Source of the DNA: Paramecium tetraurelia
Lineage: Eukaryota
Direction: 5' to 3'
Length of the DNA stretch: 64,000 bases
Assembly (NCBI GenBank): GCA_000165425.1
Contig: CT868219.1
Coordinates: 438,728-502,727, forward strand
The translations under genes were made by a program, and so were the position numbers. Positions within the stretch are counted from its first letter, which is position 1, and each line of letters begins with the position of its first letter. The notes beneath the pieces were generated by a model. It ran no database searches. It saw only the letters and a program-made list of their open reading frames with translations, and was not told the DNA's origin. Shown here one piece after another: positions 1 to 13,166 of this stretch.

Positions 1-118
1 TTGGATAGTTCAAGGGATTCTAAGATTGCTGTTGGATTGGTTGTGCTGTCAAGATATTGTTGTTGCTCTAATATTAACTACGACTCTGAGGTTAGGTTAT
101 GATTTAATGACCAGACAT
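1..118 (-). CDS. 5' end of a hypothetical gene running off the window edge
   Basis: ATG at 118 after an AT-rich leader. Open in table 6 to the edge: MSGHQIITQPQSRSQYQSNNNILTAQPIQQQSQNPLNYP. Confidence 0.45.
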
Positions 119-310
119 TTGTATGTTAGGTTTTAATTTCTATATTTTAATTACGTTTTATTTATTTCAATCGTATAATTATTACATTTGAGATATATTA
201 TTATTATAATAATGTTATCCCTATGCAAAATGGAAGATGTTTAGACATAGAATTTTAACTCAATGAAAAGTTGAATTATGATATCATCGTACAATATGAA
301 TTTAGAACAA

Positions 311-1150
311 TCAATTTGCTGGTTCTTTTGGTTCTGATGAAGCACTAGTAGTTGTAGTTTCTACATTGCCTTCTGACACATAAGAAAAGAACACCAATTT
401 ATAAAATAAATACAGAGACAATTGCATTGTAACTACTATGGCTATTATGATATACTTTTTTTGAATCTATAATTTATCTAGTTCTCTAATATTATAATAT
501 TAAATGATACTCTTTTAAATTGAAAATTAAGAATAATATTGAATTTCCAACTCCATATGTTATAATTAGCCATAAAAACAATTCATTCTAAAAGTAACAT
601 AGAATTGTGATGGGTAACAGTGTTGACATGGAATAACCATATAAGCAGATGGTTTGGAAGAAACTTAAGTCCACTCCTAAGACCTTCATAACAACAGCTA
701 AAATCGCAGGAGTTCCGAATGCAATTATGTATAACAAGGCCGTTGCTTAAGGAACATAACCGACGTCAAAGGATTGGTTCTCTTTCTCTGAGTCTACTTA
801 TCTCAAATTAGCGATAGCCGTAATCATAAAAATCAAAGTAGCATTGATCCATATTGGTCCCCATCTACCAAATATATAGAGCATATATACAAATCTGGGT
901 TATCTTTGGTAATGTTCAGAAAATCTGGACGAAATGGAAGAAATGTGGCTTTGACTCTTTGTATAACATCATTTTCCGTGACATTGAAATATGGAGTGTA
1001 ATATCTATTATAGAATTGTAGTAATTACTCAACTGTCAGAAATCCACAATATCCTGTTTGCCTTTTATCACCACTATCATTCAGTTTGTTGAATTATCCT
1101 TTTTAGACTTGCTTTTCCTCATCTGTTTATTTTTGTACTCCGATTTCCAT
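311..1150 (-). CDS. Yip1-domain Golgi/ER membrane protein (YIPF1/2-like)
   Basis: Spliced translation has FLTVEYYTPYFNVTENDVIQRVKATFLP..NPDL..GPIWINATLIFMITAIANL and several hydrophobic helices. Short GT..AG introns; ends EPKEPAN-TGA. Confidence 0.85.
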
Positions 1151-1361
1151 TCTATTCTGATATTTTTATTTTAAATAATATTAAAATTCTTATTCATCTC
1201 CCCATTAAATCAGTTAAAATGCTTACAATTATGAATCATTTTATAAGCAATAGATCTTGCAATTTTCATATTTTAGAGTTTCTGTTTTTATAATAATATT
1301 AAATTTATACATGTAAGACGATTTTGTTTATCATCCTGAGATCATGAAATCATAACTAAGT

Positions 1362-2169
1362 ATGCTGCCTCCTATTGAATAACTCACTTTGTAATAGTTA
1401 GCTAATAAACGAAAAATAAATTTCAACATGATGCTCTCATTGCCGGTTTATTATTAAATTTCTAATTGCAGTTTCTACTGAAAGACAAAGCTTTAGAAGA
1501 TAGGAAAGATACTATTGCCATCTATAGAAAACATAAATTTGAGCCATTGAAGCCTTAAAAACACAAAGTGACTTTGATAAACAGTGGTCGCATTCACTGT
1601 CCTGAGTTCTGGTCAGATAAATATCAGAGCACTGCCTTACGTGGTTCTCATATAGATAGAAATCTAGACAAGTACAGACAGATCATTAAAAATAACATCT
1701 AAGATTATTTGGTTAAATTTGAGATGCAAGCTAAAGAATAATTGGAAGAATCAAAAAAGTATTAATTAAATAGATTCAAGAATTAAATATTAAGAAATCT
1801 TTAAAAAGCAATGTTCCATCTCTGATGAAGAATGTGCCCCATCAAATAATGAGTTAAATCTTAGTCAATGCACCCAAGATGAAATTATTAACTACTATAG
1901 AGATGTTAAAAGGCAAGATTCTGCCAAAAAGACAAGCTTGAGAAATCTTGATAAGATTACTTGCAGTAGTGTTAAATAGAGTTTTATTGAAAAGTTCGAC
2001 AAAGTCATTACTACTTGCGATCGCAATTCTATTCCATCCAATAGAAATTCCTTGGATAGCATAAAGTAACAATAAAATCTATTAGATTAGCACTTGCGGA
2101 TATAGGAATATTAAATAAAGAAATAGACATGTTGTTGGCAGCAAGACATGCAGAAGTCATTATAATTGA
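1362..2169 (+). CDS. hypothetical protein
   Basis: ATG at 1362. A 26-nt intron (gtttatt...ttgcag) restores a long table-6 frame. The 3' end is approximate. Confidence 0.6.
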
Positions 2170-2208
2170 TACTAATTAATATATATATTTATGATCAAAC
2201 AAATTTCA

Positions 2209-3103
2209 TCACATTATTGTTTTTACTCTTTATGAAGAAGAGGTGAAACTAGATTTTTTTAGATTAACTTTCTTTTGATTTGCGAAGTAAGGTTATAATC
2301 TATGTTAAAATAGGGGAGCTGTCTAAGGAGCAGTATGAATTCGAGTTTCCTTTGTTTCTGATAGAAATTTTATTATGGAATCTCTTTTAATTTATTCATA
2401 AGGTTTATGTTTGTATTTATTTAATTAAAGCAAAACATACTTTTTTTACTTAGGTACAAAAACTATATTCTTTCTTGTTTGTTGTAACTAAATACTAGGC
2501 TCACTAGGGGAATCTGATATCAAATCAGAACATTTTTTTTCCAATGGTCGTTAATAGTAAGTGCGATCCTTGGTAAAAGTCCTTAGAACCTTGATATCCT
2601 ACATGCTGGCAAAATGAGAATCCCTATTAGAGTTAAGTTGATTTGATGGGTTAAATTGGCTTATATTTTATGTATCTATCTTCTTAAACGATTTCTGAAA
2701 TTTTGTTTTCATTCTTCCCTGTATTGCTCTTCTTCTAAGATCTTTGACTCTATCTAGAAATTAATGTTATTATATAATAGTTCTAGGGTATTTAAGGTCT
2801 ATATTCAACTTTACAATAAACTAAATCACTTACTATTTTTTATGAATTCATGCCTTCATTGAAGCTCTTCCTTCTTTGTCTTGGGAAATCATCTGAAATC
2901 TTGATTAGTTAGTAGCTGTGAATCGCATTATTGGTTTTATGTAAGCTCTTCAAGACTACACTAGGTTTGACTTACTTATGCAATTTATTGTAAAATTCAA
3001 TTTTTTGGAACTTGACTTGTTGGTTTTCTGAACTGTCTTTAGCAATTAATCTTGGATATTATTTACAATTCTTATCCTGGTCATTGGTGATTAAAATCCT
3101 CAT
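2209..3103 (-). CDS. hypothetical Ser/Lys/Gln-rich protein
   Basis: MRILITNDQDKNCKQYPRLIAKDSSENQQVKFQK.. is open in table 6. No family recognised; 3' end approximate. Confidence 0.55.
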
Positions 3104-3185
3104 TAAATTAATTAAATGCAAACATCAATAAAAGGCAATAATGAATATACAATAATTAATAATTTCAAATTTTAATTTACTATTA

Positions 3186-4615
3186 ATGAATTAACAGCGT
3201 CGACTTTCTCCAGCTCCTTAAAGTCCTATCCAACGCAATACCATAATCTCATGTATGATTCATTCTTAAATTAGAACATTCTAATCGATTTCAATTCCTC
3301 TAAGTGACTCCATCCACTCATCCTGTGTAATATGTCCAATTGTAGAATTGTAAGAATCCTGCATTTAACAATTAGACAATGAACCAAGATAAATCTCTAG
3401 AGAAAGAGAGAACAATCAAATTCCCTACCAATAAGTTTGTCCAAAGGGATTTTAGAGTCTGAGATTATTGAGTCAGCCTGATGGTAATTCGAGTAAGTCA
3501 CCAGTTGCTCCAGTTATGTAATCCTAACCAAATATCAGACCGAATTAAAACTCTAATTCTCTACAATAATACATAGATAATGCTCTCAGAACCTAAAGAG
3601 AGGAAATGCTAAAATTATTAGAATAACAAAATAAATAGATCGATTATATGCATTAATAATAGCAACTTATCATCTAATAATAATAGTCGCAACAAGAAAA
3701 AAAGAAGGAGCCTGTTAATATTGAGTCGTAACTCAATTAAGTGAAAGAACAACTCAATTTTTAGATTACTTAAACTTGCCAGGGATATGATCCATAAAAT
3801 ACAGAAACAGGAACAAACAGACTTCAAGGCTTTGCAAGTGCAAATAGAGAAGTTGAAATCTCAACTCTATCAAATTAACCTATCAACGAGCAAATAGTCT
3901 GATAGATTGTAATAATCATATAGAGGCAAAGAGAATGAAGTAGAAGAATATTAATATAAAAAACATATGCCTTAACGAAATTCCTTAGATAACTATGATT
4001 AATATATCAAGAAATACGAGTAGTTCAATAAATAGGTTAATGATTATTTGATTAATCGAAAAATACCTGACCATTTGAGTTCAATACTTAATTCCAGTAA
4101 GGATTCGAATAGTGAGATTCATGAAATCGAATACATCTCATCAGATCATCCTCTTACTGATATCACAAACACCCATAATATCAAATAAAATAAATCATAT
4201 TAATCCCAACCCTTGTAACAAATTGCTTAACCATCCCTCACTTAATAATTTATGACTCAAAAAACCACTACTTAATCCCATAACTTACCTAATGAAGATT
4301 CCCCTATAAAAGCATTGAATGAACAAATGATGATTGATAGTTTGGATAACATCAATGTGCATGATCCAAATAATTTATAAATTACCAAAGAAGAATTCGA
4401 TCAACTAAAATGTAAACCTTAAACTTAATTTATTAGCTTAAAGAATGTCAACCATACATGAAAACGATGATGAAGATGAGGAATTAATGTATTAAGTTGA
4501 TGAAAACGGATTCATTTTGAGTCAGGATGGCCATCCTTTGATTGATGATACAGGAAAACGAATACAACTAACAAAATAAGAGCTTCAATTCTATAAAAAC
4601 AAAATTAATAGTTGA
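3186..4615 (+). CDS. hypothetical low-complexity/coiled-coil protein
   Basis: MNQQRRLSPAPQSPIQR.. with tiny introns. C-terminus is EELMYQVDENGFILSQDGHPLIDDTGKRIQLTKQELQFYKNKINS-TGA. Confidence 0.7.
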
Positions 4616-4636
4616 TATAATATATATATAAGGCAC

Positions 4637-4954
4637 TCATTTTTATTTATAATAATTGGATAAACACCCCTATCTCTTCAAAAAACATTCCATATGATTC
4701 TCCTTATTCTATTATCCAACTTTCCTCTATGTAGTTATTGGAGATTTGACTCTCTGATCCAAAATAACTCTATTGATCCTGTCCATCATATTTGAGATAG
4801 GGATTACTTTCTATTTGTTTCCTGATTCTTAATTACTATTTTAGGTTTTTATCCTAATAGGAGATACAAATGATTTTTCTTTTGGACTTTCCAGCTTTTC
4901 TTTATGAGGTTTTAAGTAGAAATCTACGTTTTAACGAAATTTTTAATAATTCAT
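4637..4954 (-). CDS. small basic hypothetical protein (~105 aa)
   Basis: Intronless table-6 ORF MNYQKFRQNVDFYLKPHKEKLESPKEKSFVSPIRIK..YYKQK-TGA. An upstream ATG at 4992 would need a 35-nt intron. Confidence 0.5.
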
Positions 4955-5096
4955 AAACTTTTAAATTAGTTTTCACTTTTACAACTACCCATTTATAAAC
5001 AATTATACAATTTGTTAAAAACAGCACTCATATCAAAACAACAATGTATATACGATAATTAGCTACATTACTCTTAATAAACAAAATTAAAACAAA

Positions 5097-5790
5097 TCAT
5101 TTTTATTCATCTAAGTGATTATTCGCAATATGATTGCCATTACCATTGCCATTTGCATTAGATTTGATAAATAAAATTTTCTTTAGTTTCTTTTCTATTT
5201 CTACTTCCAGGTTTACAAAATGTTATAATTTTTCAATAGTTGTGAATTAATCATTTTCAATTTCTTATATTGTGAAATATTTAGCAACACAATCATTCTT
5301 GAAGCGAGGCAACTTGATTTTATTAATCTCAAATAATACTTGGATAATCTTACTTCCTCTTAAGATATGGAGTACTTCTATCTATTTTCTTCTATTCTTT
5401 GTTTCCTCTCTTCTTTATTAGGATTATCACCTGTATTAATAACACATCCATTTTTTCTCATTACTCCCTTTTTTTGATTGTTGTCTATCCAAACCTTTTC
5501 TAAATCAATCTACAATCCTATTTTATTGTTATAAATAAATCCATACCCATAAAATCTCCTAATGATTATTATCCAAGCATTCTCTATGTTTAAATGTATA
5601 TTTATCCAATAGATTTATCTGGCAAACATTCTGATTAAATGATGCTTCTCCATTTGCCAATTCCGAATTTCTGTAATGCAAGCTTGAGTATCTTGACTTC
5701 TTCTTAGGACCAACCTGGAGATAGGGTGTAATTCCACAGACTCTTGGATTCATTGTGTGCTCCATGCTTCTTCCTTTTTTATTTCTCCAT
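5097..5790 (-). CDS. AMTP1: p1 (AMTP1) homeobox/Myb-like subunit of the MTA1c N6-adenine DNA methyltransferase complex
   Basis: Translation HNESKSLWNYTLSPGWSQEEVKILKLALQKFGIGKWRSIIQSECLPDKSIGQIYIQTQRMLGQQSLGDFMGLQIDLEKV..CVINTGDNPNKEERKQRIEENR closely matches my recollection of Tetrahymena p1. Two short introns. Confidence 0.85.
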
Positions 5791-5864
5791 TATTGGCGCT
5801 TTAATTAATTAAATACAAATATATTGAGGAGTGGTTTTATATTAATTTTTATTATATAAATATT
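5791..5864. promoter_or_regulatory. putative bidirectional promoter region (74 bp)
   Basis: Lies between divergent ATGs at 5790 (-) and 5865 (+). Inferred from geometry only. Confidence 0.45.
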
Positions 5865-7521
5865 ATGAGTACTGTGACAAATGAGTCAAAGAAGAAGGAA
5901 AGCATAGACAAAGCTCTTCTTTAACAATAGAGAGAACAACTCAAATAAACTGTTTTGGAAAGATTTATCAAGGATTTTGGGAAGAATAACAAAAATAAAA
6001 TATAAGTAACTTACAATCTAGAGATTAGATAATCACCAATATTGTGAATGAATATTTCTCAAAAACTAGAGTTACCGATGTTACTTTGAAAAATTTAAAA
6101 CAACAAGTTTAATAAGCAATTCAAAATGCAGGATCCACAACCCAATCTCAAGCAGAATAATCAATCAAGGAATCCTAAGGTATAGCAATGTTGTATTTGG
6201 TAGTCACACAATAACAATAGTTGTAATAGATACCATAATAGAAACCTCCAAGTAGTCAATCAAGGAAATCAAATTAATAAATGTAAACAGCAGCATAATA
6301 ACATCATGATGTCTATTCTGAAACATCTTCAAAGGTATCAAGAATTCATTAACAAGGCACCCAAATCAGTGTACATGATGGAGGGAGATGAGGATGATGA
6401 ATGGGCGACTTTAGTTAAATTTGATACTGAATTGTATAAAAAAGAAAAAGAACTTGAGCTTATAAGAAAGTAGGAGTTTAAGAAGAAGATCAAATCGGAG
6501 TTGGATAGATAAATAAATGAGAAATAAGGGAAGAAACACGAAGAGGTTCAAGATGAAGATGCTTATGTGAAGTTGCATCATTATCAATTGAATGTATATG
6601 ATTAGAGAGAGAAGGACAAGCAAGATAATTTGAAGAATAAAATATATAATGAAAAGTTATAAAGAGACAAATAAGTAAGAGATGAATAGCAAAGAAAGTA
6701 ATATAATATTCATTTTATTAATAGAAAGGTTGAATAAAAAAGAGAGAAAGAACTGGACAGTTTGTTGGTGAAGAAAATTAGAGAAGAATTAGAATTAGAA
6801 TAAAGAGAGTAATTAAACAGAAGAAACAAAGAAAGAGAGCGTTTTCTAAGAATGATGAAAGAAAATGAAGAGTATAGAAAGAAAGCCTTAGAGGATGCTA
6901 AGTTGGAGAAGGAAGCAGAAACTTAAATGCAACAATAATACATCAGTTTATAGAATCAATTAGAGGAATAAAGAGAATTAGAGAGGAAATAGAGAGAGGA
7001 TAAGATGAAAAAGGTTATGGGAATGTTTGCTGAAGGAGTTGTTCGAGATCAAAAAGAATTGATTAAATAGGAGGATGATAAAATGCTTAGGAACATTATT
7101 TAATAGAATGACAGAGAAAAGATTGAAGAAGAGAAGAAAAAGTTAAAATAATTAGATTAAAGATAACAATTAAGATCCTTTTTGAATTCATAAATTGAAG
7201 AAAAAAAGAGAAGACAAGAAGAAGAGGAGGAACTCAATAAAAGACAAGCAGAAATTTGGAAATAAGATTTAGACAATTATAATGATCACGAAAGAAAGAA
7301 ATTTGATGTATTCAAATCTCATTTTACATTAGTACATTAAAGAAGTAAATTTAAGACATGCGGATATATTAAAAAGTTAAATCTAAGAAAAACAAGGCAA
7401 AATCAAGTAAAAGTCTACTAAAATGAACACAGCTGAGTTATTATAAAATAAGGATAAACTAAAAGTTATTGCATAAGAAGTACCTGATCTAGGAGATAAA
7501 GTAAAAAAAATAGAGATTTGA
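5865..7521 (+). CDS. long E/K/R/Q coiled-coil protein (trichohyalin-plectin-homology-like, possibly axonemal)
   Basis: MSTVTNESKKKES.. DDEWATLVKFDTELYKKEKELE..KSELDRQINEK.. followed by a charged coiled coil. Several ~22-26 nt introns; TGA at 7519-7521. Confidence 0.7.
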
Positions 7522-7574
7522 TGAATAAAAATCAGCATAGAATATTATATATATAAATATTATTGTAAAATTTT

Positions 7575-8237
7575 ATGATACCTAATCGTGAATAGTAACT
7601 AAATTAAAAAGAGTTAGAAGCTCTAAATCAAAAGAATAAAATAGCATCAACTTTAATTGAAGATGCCTCATTTAATACTATGATCAATAAAAAAAGAGCA
7701 GAACTAAGTGATAAAGAATTTCTTAAATGGCTCGATTAAATAAAAAAGTCAGATCAGCAAAAATTGATTTCCATCAAAGTAGCTGGATAGGATACGGATA
7801 AACTTTTAGTTAACAAACCTAAATAAGGAAATATGAAATAAACTTAAAAACAAGAATAACTAAAATCTTTTGGTCAATTGAAATAACAATTAGAATTAGA
7901 AAATATATAGGCCCAAATTAAAAAAAATGCTTAAAAGGCATAAAACCAAATAGATAGATAAAGATTAGGTGAATTTGCAACCAAAGATAATAGTAATAAA
8001 AAAAGAGTTGAGGATAACCAAAAAATCCTAGAAGAGATGTTAAAGGAAAAATAAAAAGAATAGGAAAGACAGGATTACTTTATTAATGAAGAAAAATATA
8101 AGAATTCTAAATTCCATAGCCATGATTAAGCAAAATTTGAGAGCAATCCTGATAAGTTAAAGTATCAATCTAAAAATGAAAGCAAAGCCAAATTATTAAC
8201 AAAACCTTTTATCCCATCTTATAAAAAAGAACTATGA
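7575..8237 (+). CDS. hypothetical coiled-coil protein (220 aa)
   Basis: MIPNREQQLNQKELE..TKPFIPSYKKEL-TGA. The 663-nt length is divisible by 3. Confidence 0.65.
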
Positions 8238-8816
8238 TCAATACTTAATTTATAAAAATAGAATTATTATATTAATGTTTTAGTATTAAGGGATTTATGA
8301 AATATAAATTATCAAAACTACTTAGAAAGAGTTAAATGGGAAATTTCTCTAATAATAATTTTCAATCTCATAAATAAAATGATGGGCATTTTGTCTTTTA
8401 TATTTCTTTCTTCAATTCAAATTTGAAATGGCTGAAATACAAAGTTAAAATTGTTAAACCTCATAACATGACATACTTCAATTATATTTTAAGTAGAAAT
8501 AATATAGAAGTTGAAATGTTAAATCCTTAATCATGTATACTTATATTATAAATTTCTATCATGTAGGTTGAATTCAGGCCTATTTTAAGAATTTTATTTA
8601 TATTGAACTCTTAATAATTTTAAAGAATAGTGATTTTTTTAATTATTTTAAAATTTCTAGATGTCTATATTTGATCATTATAGGAGAAAGGAGGCAAAAC
8701 AAAGAGGTTTTGTTGCAATTTTGTTCAAGTGATTAAAAATTTGTATATATTTAATGATCAGTATTTATTCATAAAATATAAAAATTTTTGCTTTAGATTT
8801 TAAAAAATCTTTAAAA

Positions 8817-11800
8817 ATGTAATAAGAAGCAGATTATGTAAATATTCATTTATATTTATTTAGAATTAAGATGAAAAATAAGTATACTAACTGAGGTAGT
8901 AAATTATTTGTTACAAGCAAGTTTAAAGGTAAGATTGAAAGTAACCATATAGAAATCACCACATAGAAAATGAAAAATTAATGTTTCCATACAGCAAAGA
9001 CTAGTGGGAGGCAGAAAGGGAAAAGATATTCCAGAATTCGATTCAATATTTTCATGACAAAATCGATAAAAATGAGGAACTAAAATCCATTTTTAGAGAC
9101 CGATACCCAAAGCTTAAATTGGATCAGACTTGTGATGTATAGTCTTTGATATGATATCCTTAGGATATGTCTTTATTTAGTGAACGAATGCAAGGGTATC
9201 TAGAAAAGAGGAGATCGGATATAGAATAGGAGCTAAAGAAAACCCACCAAAATGATCCAAAATATGTGAGTTTGAAAATTGAATTACTGTTTATAAATTC
9301 AAAGGAATTTTATTTGAAAGTTAAAGAGTCTATCTTGAATCCATTATTGTAGGAAGAAAATTAGGCAGTATTGTAATCAAGGATGCTGGAAAGATTATTA
9401 TTAGATAGAAATTATTTTAAAAGAGACAAGCCTTAGAGAAGGGCAGAGAGCAAGTTGTCAGACAAATTTGAATTAAGTATGATACGACACGAATAGGCAA
9501 GAAGGAAGAAGATAAAATAAAAAGAGTTCATGTCAGCAATATTTGCACATCAGATTGAGTTTATGGAATTTCATAGAAAGAAATACAAACATGCTAGAAA
9601 ACGAAGTGTTTAGTTTAAGGTTGTATTGGAATAAAGAGAATAATAAAGAGATAAACAGATGAGAATGGAGCACATCCGAAGAGGAAATCTAGAAACTTAT
9701 ATTTAAGTTTTGGAGAAGTTGGATGAGGCTAAAAAAGAGAGAGTAGTTTCCATTTTGAGATAAACAGATCAATTTTTAAAAGATATAGGGGCGAGAGTGA
9801 AGATTTAAAAGGGTGAAGAAATTATGGAGGAAGATGAAGTCATTGAAAATATGAATTCGAGCAATGGTTTGGGGTATGAATTAAGTTAAGCTAATAAAGT
9901 ATATTATAATATAACTCATAAAATAAAAGAAGTAATAACACAATAGCCAACATTATTGGAAGGAGGATAATTGAAATAATATTAATTATAAGGATTAGAT
10001 TGGTTAGTAAGTTTGTATAATAACAATTTGAATGGTATTTTGGCTGATGAAATGGGTTTGGGTAAGACAATCCAAACAATCTCTCTCTTATGTTATTTGA
10101 TAGAAATAAAAAAGAATTTTGGACCATATTTCATTATTGTACCTTTATCAACTTTGAGTAATTGGTCCAATGAATTTGAGAAATGGGCTCCCTCAATTAA
10201 AAAAATTACTTATAAGGGTTCTCCTTAAATAAGAAAGGAAATATCAAAATAAATGAGAACAACTAAATGGAACATATGTCTAACTACTTATGAATACGTA
10301 TTAAAGGACAAGTTAACTTTATCAAAATATGAATGGAAATACATAATAGTTGATGAAGGACATAGGATGAAAAATTCAAGAAGCAAATTCGCAATGATCT
10401 TAGGATAGTAATATCAAAGTGAAAGAAGATTATTACTTACAGGAACACCATTACAAAATAATATTGCCGAATTGTGGGCTTTATTGAATTTCTTGTTACC
10501 AAAAGTGTTTTCATCTTGTGAAGACTTTGAAAAATGGTTCTAAACTCCATTAAACATAATGGGAGCAAGCGAGAAGGATATTTAATTAGATGAAGAAGAA
10601 TAATTACTTATTATTAATAGATTGCATTAAGTGCTTAGACCATTCTTATTAAGAAGAGTTAAAAAGGACGTAGAGAAAGAATTGCCTAGAAAAACAGAAT
10701 ATGTTATTAAGATAAAGTTATCAGCTTGGCAAAAGAAAATATATGACTAAATTAATTAAAGAGGAGTTATGACCTTTGATTAATAATCAGGGAAGAGTGG
10801 ATCTTAAGCATTATAGAACTTGATGATGTAATTAAGAAAGATTTGTAATCATCCCTATCTATTTATGTTGAATTTGGATATGAATAGAGTCACAGATGAA
10901 ATTTGGAGATCCAGTGGAAAATTTGAGTTATTGGATAGAATTATACCTAAATTGTTATACTTTAAACATAGATTACTAATATTTAGTTAAATGACATAAT
11001 TAATGGATATAATGGAAGCATTTTTTGAGTATAGAGGATGGAGATATTTGAGATTGGATGGATCAACTAAATCAGAAGATAGAGAATCTAGAATTCAATT
11101 GTTTAATTAAGAAAATTCAATCTATAATATCTTCTTATTAAGTACAAGAGCTGGTGGATTGGGATTGAATCTATAATCTGCAGATACCGTTGTATTATTT
11201 GATAGTGATTGGAATCCAATGATGGATTTATAAGCATAAGACAGAGCGTATAGAATTGGATAAAAAAATGAGGTTAGAGTACTCAGATTGATTACAGCTA
11301 CATAAATTGAAGGGAATATTCTCAGTAAGGCTGAACACAAAATGGGGTTGGATGCGGTTATCATTTAAGCAGGATTGTATAATTAAAGATCAACTGATCA
11401 AGAAAGAAGGGAACGCTTACAAGATTTCTTTAGACAAAAGAATAAAGTGGACTTGTTTGAAGCAGAAGAGATTCCTGATGATACTTAAATTAATGAATGG
11501 ATAGCAAGAAGTGAAGAAGAATTTGAGATGTTTAATGAATTGGATAGATAGAGGTATGAACAAGAAAAATTGATTTATAAAAACTTTAATGAGAACAAGG
11601 ATGATCAATATTATAATTATAGATTAATTTAAGATGATGAAGTTCCAGAATGGATTACATCTAAATAAAATGAAGTTCAGGAGGTTAAAGAGTATGGCAG
11701 AGGTTAAAGAGAAAGGAAATAAGTTGTTTATTACCTTCCTGAAGCCTCTCCAATCCTGGAAGAATAATAAGATGATATGAATGAATTAGATTTTAAAATG

Positions 11801-11968
11801 GATGATTAAATAGATATTGAATAAAACCAAGTGTTTTAAGATGATCTTGATTTACCAAAAATCTAGAGAAAAACAAAAAAATTAAGATAAGTAGATAACG
11901 ATGAAGGCAACAGTAATAATTTTGATGAAAATGAACCAAAACTAAAAAGTAAACGTAAACTTAATTGA
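8817..11968 (+). CDS. BRG1: SWI/SNF chromatin-remodelling ATPase (BRG1/Snf2 ortholog): QLQ, HSA, SNF2 helicase, SnAC, no bromodomain
   Basis: QLRQQIICYKQVQRN (QLQ), HSA/post-HSA helix, [62 protein letters not shown], and RLIQDDEVPEW..EYGRGQRERK (SnAC). Confidence 0.92.
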
Positions 11969-12357
11969 TAATTACAATTTATTCAATTTATTCCAAACAA
12001 AATATATAAAAATAAATTTATAAATTCATTATTATTTAGATTTTAAAAGAATATCAATTCATAAATAGGTCTATTCAATTATGGTTATAAGAACCGATTA
12101 CCGGCAATGCTACATATCAAAGAGGGTTAACATTCTCATTTATAAAAATTGAATATCTTGAGGAATCTAAATTGTTTCTTAAAATTTTCATCAAAGAAAA
12201 ATCAAAAAAATTTAATGTCTATTGAAATCTACTTCCTTAAGCCAAATATTTTAACTTTAGTTTATCCTTTTAAAATTTTTATACCTGAATTTTTTTACAA
12301 ATAACTTATTTATATTGTCAGAAGAAGATGAAAATGTTTTATAAACTGCAACTTTAA

Positions 12358-12597
12358 TCATGGCATCAGAATTTTAATGCTCGAATTCATACTGTTCAGT
12401 ATTCTAATGTTTTTAGGAGAGGGAGAGGCATCTAACCAGCACCTTTTGGAATATTGAAGTTTTAGATTGATTTTAATTTAAGTTTCCCAAATCTGTCGCT
12501 ATTTATTTTGATTGGGTCGAAACTTGTCATACTCTCCCCGAAATGTGCAAGATTTATAGAGGTTAAGGTTGAATAAAAGTGAGTTTTATGAAAGCAT
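12358..12597 (-). CDS. candidate small ORF (79 aa), unknown function
   Basis: ATG..TGA in table 6 (MLSQNSLLFNLNLYKSCTFRGEYDKFRP..), in a patch less AT-rich than the flanks, head-to-head with RPS10. Confidence 0.3.
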
Positions 12598-12656
12598 TAT
12601 TGAGTATTTGGTTATTTTATTTTAAAATTTAAAATAAATCAAATCCATTATTTTGC

Positions 12657-13117
12657 ATGGTTCAAGTAAAGAGATAAGATAGAAGAAAAGTCTATGAATA
12701 TTTGTTATTGGAAGGTGTTATTGTTATCAAGAAGGTATATTTTCATAACAATTCAAGGACATGGCACTTCCACTCCATGCTGAAACAGGTGTAAAGAACT
12801 TGGAAGTTTGGATGCTTTTGAGAAGCTTGAGAGACAAAAAGCTTGTGGATTTGGTATTCTCATGGCAATACTACTATTATTACCTTAAGGCTGAAGGTGT
12901 TAAATATGTCAGAGATAAATTGGGTATATGAAAATCATCTATGGTAAAAGGCATTGTCGAGGATGTTATCCCAGCCACTTTCAAGAAAGCAGATAAAAAG
13001 TTTGATGAAGATGTTCCTGAATAAAGAAGAGGCCCAAGAGGAAATAGGCCCTTTGGAAGAGGTGGTAATAGAGGACCAAGAAGAGCAGAAGAAGGAACCG
13101 AAACAGCATAACAATGA
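12657..13117 (+). CDS. RPS10: 40S ribosomal protein S10 (eS10)
   Basis: RRKVYEYLLLEGVIVIKKD..VKNLEVWMLLRSLR..FSWQYYYYYLKAEGVKYVRDKL..VIPATFK, an RG-rich tail, and two introns. Confidence 0.95.
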
Positions 13118-13166
13118 GATTGATATATAAAAATGGTACATTATATATGTCTATCTATGCTTTAAT

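Noticed and set aside
5097..11968. Functional chromatin cluster of p1 and BRG1 (plus distant EAF6)
   Set aside because: They are separated by unrelated genes, and gene order in ciliate macronuclear chromosomes is generally not functional.
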